A DNA stretch of 64,000 nt from Octopus vulgaris (lineage: Eukaryota). Shown piece after piece: positions 56,744 to 64,000 of this stretch. Both the position numbers and the translations under genes were made by a program. Position 1 is the stretch's first letter. The number at the start of each line of letters is the position of its first letter. The notes below the pieces were generated by a model. That model was given only the letters and a program-made list of their open reading frames with translations, was not told the origin of the DNA and searched no databases. The DNA lies in the NCBI GenBank assembly GCA_951406725.2, contig OX597816.1, positions 43,462,001-43,526,000 on the forward strand, written 5' to 3'.

Positions 56744-56770
56744 TGGCAAAGCACACCGGCGTTGCACGGG
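56743..56770 (-). mobile_element. Helitron-like 3' terminus remnant
   Basis: The minus strand CCCGTGCAACGCCGGTGTGCTTTGCCAG|T resembles the 26841-26868 terminus. Confidence 0.5.
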
Positions 56771-58293
56771 TGTTATGACCTCCAGCCACATTGTATTGTT
56801 TGTTCCTTTCTTATAGGCAGAATCGGCACACGAGGAGTATGAAGCAAACAAGTCTTCTTTAGAAACATGTTTATCTGTTATTATCTGATGAACAAAGCTG
56901 TGGTTTCCGTGTACCAAATTCTGTCATAAGTCTTTGGTTGGCCTAGGACTATAATAGAAATGTCTTGCCAGGGTATCATGCAGAGGGACTGAACGTGGAA
57001 CCATGAGGTAGGGAAGCAAACTTCTCAACCACACAGTCAATCTTGCAGCTAAAATGTGTGTGTGTGTTTGCTTGCATGTGTGTGTGCGCGCGCGTGCGTG
57101 TGTTTATGTGTGTTTACATCTGTTGTCAAATCGAGTATTATGTCCCACTATGTCTCAAAGTTCATCAAGCAGAGATCTATAAAATAAATGCCAGATTGAA
57201 ATACGTACTGAGATCAGTATGATCAATTAAATGTTTTAAGGTGATACCTCATCATGGCGACAGTCGAAGGTCTAAACCCTGTAAAATAATGTTTAAAGAC
57301 TTGATGGACACAAATTTAAAGTAATGGATTACTAACCACAGGATAATGAGTTCAAAACTTTCCTTATTGCACTTACATTCTATACAATAACATTATATGT
57401 AGATCTCAGTCTACTTGACTTCCCACAATTAACAGTTGTAATTTGATGTTGAGTGGTTAGTAGTGAAAACGTTGTCCAGACTTCTTTAAAAACAATGTCG
57501 TGCAACCTATTCTGAGAAGTATTTTTCACCACAACAAAACACACACACAGAGAGGCGTCTCTGTGGTAACTTGAGCTACTACAAATAGCAGCCAGATCTC
57601 TCTTAAAGCACATCCTTTTATCGAAAGAAAGACACAGATTTACCGTATTTCAGGAAGAAAAATAAGTATGCGATGAGTCTATTACATCAGAGGGAACTCT
57701 GGGCTAAACAAAACACAGGCAAACATACTCCACATTAAAACATTATCTACTAAATAGTACTAATAACGTTGACGGTATATCTTCGAAGTTTCATTCCCTG
57801 GTAAAACTCCATGTTTTTTAAGCACTTTCTCATTATGCTCTAAAAATTGTTCAGGAAGAGTTGCCTCCCATAGCTAAAGACCTCAAAACCGTGCGACCCG
57901 ACCTCGTTTCCGAAGTTATTGTAGTAAACAAAAGTTACTGTGCAAGAAACATACTTTATTTGGTTGTCGAAAGATTACTGAATCTCATACGTCAAAATCG
58001 GCAACTCAGTTTTCGAATCCATAAGGAACACGCCGGCGTGCGCGCCACACACACTCTCTGTATAAGATATATAGTTCAAATTTACAGAAAACAAAAGACG
58101 AAGACAGGTGAGAGAACAACCAGCAGATGTATTAACTTGACGCTCGGGAAGAATGGTAATGTCCTTCGAACCTACGCTTTTCGACAGAAAGGTTTGAGAG
58201 GAAAAAACGGAACGAGAACGAAAGCTGAGAGAGAAAACAAGTATGAAGGGATTAACAGTTCAACCTGTTGATATATAAATGTATAATTGTATA

Positions 58294-58373
<80 letters not shown>

Positions 58374-59110
58374 TGAAATTACGATAAACACAAGTTGATA
58401 TCATTTGTTGCTGCGTATTATTGTAGTAGTTTTGAACTCTGGAATTGACGTTTCAAGCGTAATTTAATGCTCATTTTTCAACAGATCACCAGGAAACACT
58501 TTACGGCATTATGTTACAAAGAAGACCTGATGTACGTGTGTAAGCGTGTTAGCCTTTCATTGCTTCTGAAGCACTGTTGTATAAAGGAGATCTAGAGGAA
58601 TCGGCTTGATCGACTAAAAACCCTTCACGTGGATGTACCAGCACAGCCGCACTCCCAACAAGCTGAAAGAAATAAGATAATTTTAAAAAGAAACTAATTA
58701 TATTTATTTTGCTAATACTGCGGTTTTACTGTTGCTCTTATGAACCAAAGTAAATTTTGCTATGTCCTAATAATAGTACTCTCTATATAGAACAGTCTGT
58801 TTTCTCTATCAGTCTGTCTGTCTACCTAAATCGTACACTTCATTCAAGTTTGCAGTTACAAGTCGTTTTGTTTTCCTGTTTCGCATTTTTGAAATTAAGG
58901 CGTAGCTCTGTGATAAGATGTTTGCTTCCTAGCCCCATGGTTTTGTGTTGTCTTACTCTGTTGCACCTTAGGCAAATGTCTTTTACTATAACCCTGGCAC
59001 GATCAAAACCATATTTAGTGGATTTGATCGGCGGCAACAGAAAGCAGCACATCGTAAGTGTGTGTGTATATTTATACATACATACATACATACATACATA
59101 CATACATACA

Positions 59111-59146
<36 letters not shown>

Positions 59147-59534
59147 TATACACGGGGTGTGGGTGCTGAAAAGTTCCTGGTATTGGATTAAAGGCAATAA
59201 AGGAAGATCAGTTAATTATGATTTTATTCAACTTATTCCTCTCGCAGATTCACACATGTACTGCAACAGTCCTTCAGTTTTTCTAAGCCCCGTAAAAGAA
59301 CTCGGAAGGGAGGGCTTCCAACCAGACCTTTCGCGATATCCTTAAAGCTACGAACTTCCTTGTGTGTATGTGTGTGTGTGTTCGTGTGAGGGCACATGGC
59401 ATAGTGGTTAATGTAATAGGCTCCCGATCGTAAAGTCGTGAATTCGATTGGCGGCGGTACGTTGTATCCTTAAACGAGTTACTTTATTTCACTTTGCTCC
59501 AGTTCATTCAGCTATATATATATATATATATATA

Positions 59535-59735
59535 GTCATTATAGATCGTTAGCCACTACACACATTTTTTTTCTCTCCTTGTTTCTCTCCTTGCTTTTTC
59601 TGTGACCCTTTCTGTAGAAGAGCGTAGGCTCGAAACGTAAAAGACTTTTTCTATTCCTAAGCGCTATACTAATACATCTGTTTGTTTTGTACACCACCTG
59701 TCTTCGTCTTTTGTTTTTTTCGTAAACTCTCTCTC
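59535..59735 (+). mobile_element. Penelope pLTR-like fragment with a minimal hammerhead-like motif
   Basis: CTTTCTGTAGAAGAGCGTAGGCTCGAAACGTAAAAG at 59608-59643. The downstream CACCTGTCTTCGTCTTTTG is shared with 58070-58200 (-) and 3245-3300 (+). Confidence 0.55.
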
Positions 59736-60302
59736 TGTATATATATAGTAATAATAATAATAACCTTCGGATAGAATATAATAAACATTTAATGCATCGC
59801 TACGTGCATTTCCACAGATCACATGTCTCTTAAGATATTATATTTATTCTGCATAATATCGGTACAGCTTGATGCAACCCCCAAAACAGGTTCACCAATC
59901 AGCATCATTAGATTGTGGCCAGCATAATGGAACAGGAGCTTTATTTACATATTCAAAATGTTTCCCGTAAGCAAACTTGTATGTATGTGTGCGTGCGTGG
60001 TAACGCACATTGCATCGTGCATTTTTGTAAATAATATAAAATAAACACATGTGAATGTGTGTTAGGTGTATGCGCGTATAACTGAGGCAGTTAATTAGAT
60101 ATTGGCGCATTACTCAGTGGAATAGACACGTGATTTTGTGCCTATAAAACTCTGTAACAATAGTGAGTGTTCTTAGCTCTCTACTTATAAATATAAACTC
60201 TATATAATTCTCTGTATAAATTTTCTATAGTTCTTGTTTTTTCGTTTTATGTACACATATGTGTATGCGTGTGTGTATACACAGATGCAATCATACACAC
60301 AG

Positions 60303-60413
<111 letters not shown>

Positions 60414-60511
60414 ATGTACCTTTAGGCGCATAGGGTAAATGAGACAGCTGATATTATTTACTTGTTGCAAAATAATCTTCCTGTTATGATAAAGAAATGA
60501 ATAATATATGT

Positions 60512-60578
<67 letters not shown>

Positions 60579-60968
60579 CAGATTGATAGATTGACAGATA
60601 ATATTGTGTGTGTGTGTGTGCAGTTTCATTTTCTTGGGAGCTCTGTTGTCGATATAATTAATATGGTATTTAGTTTAAGGCTCAGGTATTTGAAAAGCGA
60701 AGTCGAACCTGGAGGGGTTTCACTTCAATACGTAAAGGCGCACAACTAATTAAAGGCCGAAAGGCATTTTATGACAGAGTCTCTTTCAGGTTTTCTTTCC
60801 TATTGTTTTGGATTCGTTCTTCTCAGAAATAATGCTCATAATGTGTATAAATTCAGTTACATTCAGTGACAAACGCACGCACACACCAACACACATTCAC
60901 ACACATTCGCACACACACAGTCTCAATCACACAATCATAGAGGTTAGCGTATTTACGCAAACATATAT

Positions 60969-61385
60969 ATTTCTTTACTACCCATAAGGGGCTAAACACA
61001 GAGGGGACAAACAAGGACAGACAAAGGGATTAAGTCGATTACATCGACCCCAGTACGTAACTGGTACTTAATTTATCGACCCCGAAAGGATGAAAGGCAA
61101 AGTCGACCTCGGCGGAATTTGAACTCAGAACGTAGCGGCAGACAAAATACCTATTTATTTATTACCCACAAGGGGCTAAACATAGAGTGGACAAACAAGG
61201 ACAGACAAAGGGATTAAGTCGATTACATCGACCCCAGTACGTAACTGGTACTTAATTTATCGACCCCGAAAAGATGAAAGGCAAAGTCGACCTCGGCGGA
61301 ATTTGAACTCAGAACGTAGCGGCAGACAAAATACGGCTACGCATTTCGCCCGGCGTGCTAACGTTTCTGCCAGCTCGCCGCCTTC
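60969..61385 (-). mobile_element. SINE family A dimer flanked by a single 19-bp TSD
   Basis: TATTTACGCAAACATATAT at 60950-60968 and 61386-61404; one head and two bodies/tails. Confidence 0.92.
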
Positions 61386-61560
61386 TATTTACGCAAACAT
61401 ATATTTGAGGGTGCAGATGTGACTGAGTAGTAAGTAATTTGCTCCCCAATAACATGGTTCCAATTTCAGAACCACTTTATGCACAAGTGCCTTCTTTTAT
61501 AGCCCTAGGTTGACCACCACCTTGTGACAGTATCTCTCTCAATCTCTCTCTCTTTCCCCC

Positions 61561-61592
<32 letters not shown>

Positions 61593-61597
61593 CTATA

Positions 61598-61641
<44 letters not shown>

Positions 61642-61647
61642 GTATAT

Positions 61648-61867
61648 TATCATTTACTGTTTTCACAGTTATTGGAGCTGCAGCCATGAGTTGAAACCGC
61701 TTTGAAGGGTTTGACTCGGACGAATCGACTATAGACTGGTATTTGGGGACGTAAACGAACCAACACCGGTTGTCAAATTTATCAAACGGTATTCGTCCGA
61801 GTCAAATCCTTCAAGGCGGTTTCAACTCATGGCTGCAGCTCCAATAACAAGAAAACGGTAAATGATA
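61648..61867. repeat. ~77-bp near-perfect inverted repeat (arms 61648-61725 and 61791-61867)
   Basis: GTTATTGGAGCTGCAGCCATGAGTTGAAACCGC and its reverse complement; a diverged SINE B tail. Confidence 0.88.
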
Positions 61868-62015
61868 AAATTTACACAGACATTTTATTAACAAGAGCTG
61901 GTTCTTACGAATGAGACGGAAGTCCTTAAACCGTATTTTTTTTTTTGTTTGTTTTTGTTACTTGTTACCTCAAACTTCAGAAACACCGTAATACAACATT
62001 TAATAACGTCACGTG

Positions 62016-62350
62016 TTAAGTAGCTTGTTTACCAACCACATGGTTCCGGGTTCAGTCCCACTGCGTGGCATGTTGGGCAAGTGTCTTCTACTATAGCCTC
62101 GGGCCGACCAAAGCCTTGTGAGTGGATTTGGTAGACGGAAACTGAAAGAAGCCCGTCGTATATATGTGTATATATATGTATGTGCGTGTATGTTTGTGTG
62201 TCTGTGTTTATGTCCCCGTCACTTAGCGGTTCGGCAAAAGAGACCGATAGAATAAGTACTGGGCTTACAAAAGAATAAGTCCCAGGGTCGAGTTGCTCGA
62301 TTAAAGGCGGTGCTCCAGCATGGCCGCAGTCAAAATGACTGAAACAAGTA
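62016..62350 (+). mobile_element. SINE family B copy
   Basis: Consensus match, 5'-trimmed. Confidence 0.88.
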
Positions 62351-62735
62351 AAAAAAAAAAAAAAAAAAGAAAGATTGGAAAAAATGTTTATAATTACGCG
62401 GTAACTATTTTCAATGCATTTATTCGTTTTTTTTTTCTTCTCTCTTTTGCTCTTTGTGTTTTGTGTATGTTTGTATGTCTGTGTGTATATAACGACACGT
62501 TTATATTGGAATGACATTGTTCGTATATTTTCTTAGACTGAGTATGAATGGCAACACGAAGAAGGCAAGCAAAGCACTCGCGTTTCAATCATCACGCACG
62601 ACACAATGCCATCATACATATTCACATATTCATTCATACACACAAAGTTTGCATGCCACACATGCGTATACTTATACATACATAAAAAAAAACATGTTGA
62701 AATATTTACATATATGCATGTGTATGACTGTAGAC

Positions 62736-62791
<56 letters not shown>

Positions 62792-62964
62792 GGCGTAGGA
62801 GTGGCTGTGTAGTAAGTAGCTTGCTTACGAACCACATGGTTCCGGGTTCAGTCCCACTGCGTGGCACCTTGGGCAAGTGTCTTCTGCTATAGCCTCGGGC
62901 TGACCAAAGCCTTGTGAGTGGATTCGGTAGACGGATAGACGGAAACTGAAAGAAGCCCGTCGTA

Positions 62965-63019
<55 letters not shown>

Positions 63020-63237
63020 TTGTGTGTCTGTTTGTCCTCCCAACATCGCTTGACAACCGATGCTGGTGTGTTTACGTCCCCGTAACTTAGCGGTTCGGCA
63101 AAAGAGACCGATAGAATAAGTACTAGGCTTACAAAAAATAAGTCCTGGGGTCGATTTGCTCGACTAAAGGCGGTGCTCCAGCATGGCCACAGTCAAATGA
63201 CTAAAACAAGTAAAAGAGTAAAAGGGAGTAAAAGAGT
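62792..63237 (+). mobile_element. Full-length young SINE family B within (TA)n
   Basis: GGCGTAGGAGTGGCTGTG head, GGTTCAGTCCC B-box-like, CCTTGGGCAAG core-like motif and (GTAAAAGA)n tail. Confidence 0.92.
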
Positions 63238-63755
63238 ATGTATATATATATATATATATGTATGTATATATGGGCATAAATGTATGAATGTAAATATGTA
63301 AAAATAGATGGACGTATATCGTGTACAAGCAGAGATGTTATATTATGGAAAGATGTCAGATGCATACAATATATTTAGTTTGTTATATACCAGTAAAATA
63401 CTTCGGCCGCACTATTTCGCATGCATTCACGTTATCAGCGCTCTTTTTTTTGTTTTTAACCCCCTTTTCCTAAATTAGATTACCGTCATGTCGCAGTACC
63501 GTCCACTGGTTACATAGTCGTCTATTTTTCAATACAGTCGACACCATTCCAGCAAAAAAAAAAAGAAATAATAGTAAGAAAAGGCAAAGACAAAATTCAC
63601 ACATAGGGTAGTATTAAAAGATCTTTACTCCCAAAATAGGGTTCTGTATGTTATTTTTTATTGAAGGGAGTGGGCACTTTACCAATCCTGATTTTGTTCA
63701 TGCAATACCTATCTACCTACCAATACGTACGTGTGTGCGAGGATATATGTACATA

Positions 63756-63900
63756 CAGTAATCTTTCGACTATTGCAGGTGTTACGTTCCAACCCCATCC
63801 CGCCGCGATAGGTGAAAATCCGTGAAGTAGAAATAGTACTGAACTGTATATTTTTATTATTATTATTTATAATAATTCGTATATATTCATTTTATTATAA
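63756..63900 (+). mobile_element. Possible pogo/Tigger-like left terminus
   Basis: TA|CAGTAATCTTTCGACTATTGCAGG..CCGCGATAGGTGAAAATCCG; the partner end is not in the window. Confidence 0.4.
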
Positions 63901-64000
63901 ATGCAAAGCAACACCACACACTAGCGTCCTGTGTTTCGTTCTCCATACAGTATGCGCGAAAGGAAACTGGGAACCCGGCCCTTATGAGCCAGCTGTGGCC

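Overview
AT-rich, repeat-saturated eukaryotic non-coding DNA (intron or intergenic). The repeat families look like those of an octopus/coleoid cephalopod; this is an inference from pattern recall, not a search. No credible host gene, tRNA or rRNA was found, and nearly all listed ORFs are microsatellite or SINE read-throughs. Content: dozens of tRNA-derived SINEs in several families (labelled A-E here), huge (TA)n, (CA)n, (ACAT)n, (GATA)n and (ATT)n arrays, and a decayed non-LTR retrotransposon reverse transcriptase (RT) region at about 12.4-14.2 kb. There are also DNA-transposon MITEs and relics (Tc1/mariner, Merlin-like, hAT, Helitron). The most notable signal is an apparently intact type I hammerhead ribozyme on the minus strand at 46849-46893, with a palindromic stem III inside a long hairpin. 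Several decayed hammerhead-like motifs also occur, in a Penelope/retrozyme-like context. Other points of interest are fold-back duplications of SINE tails (potential dsRNA/ADAR substrates) and SINE multimers whose bodies appear to be locally duplicated.
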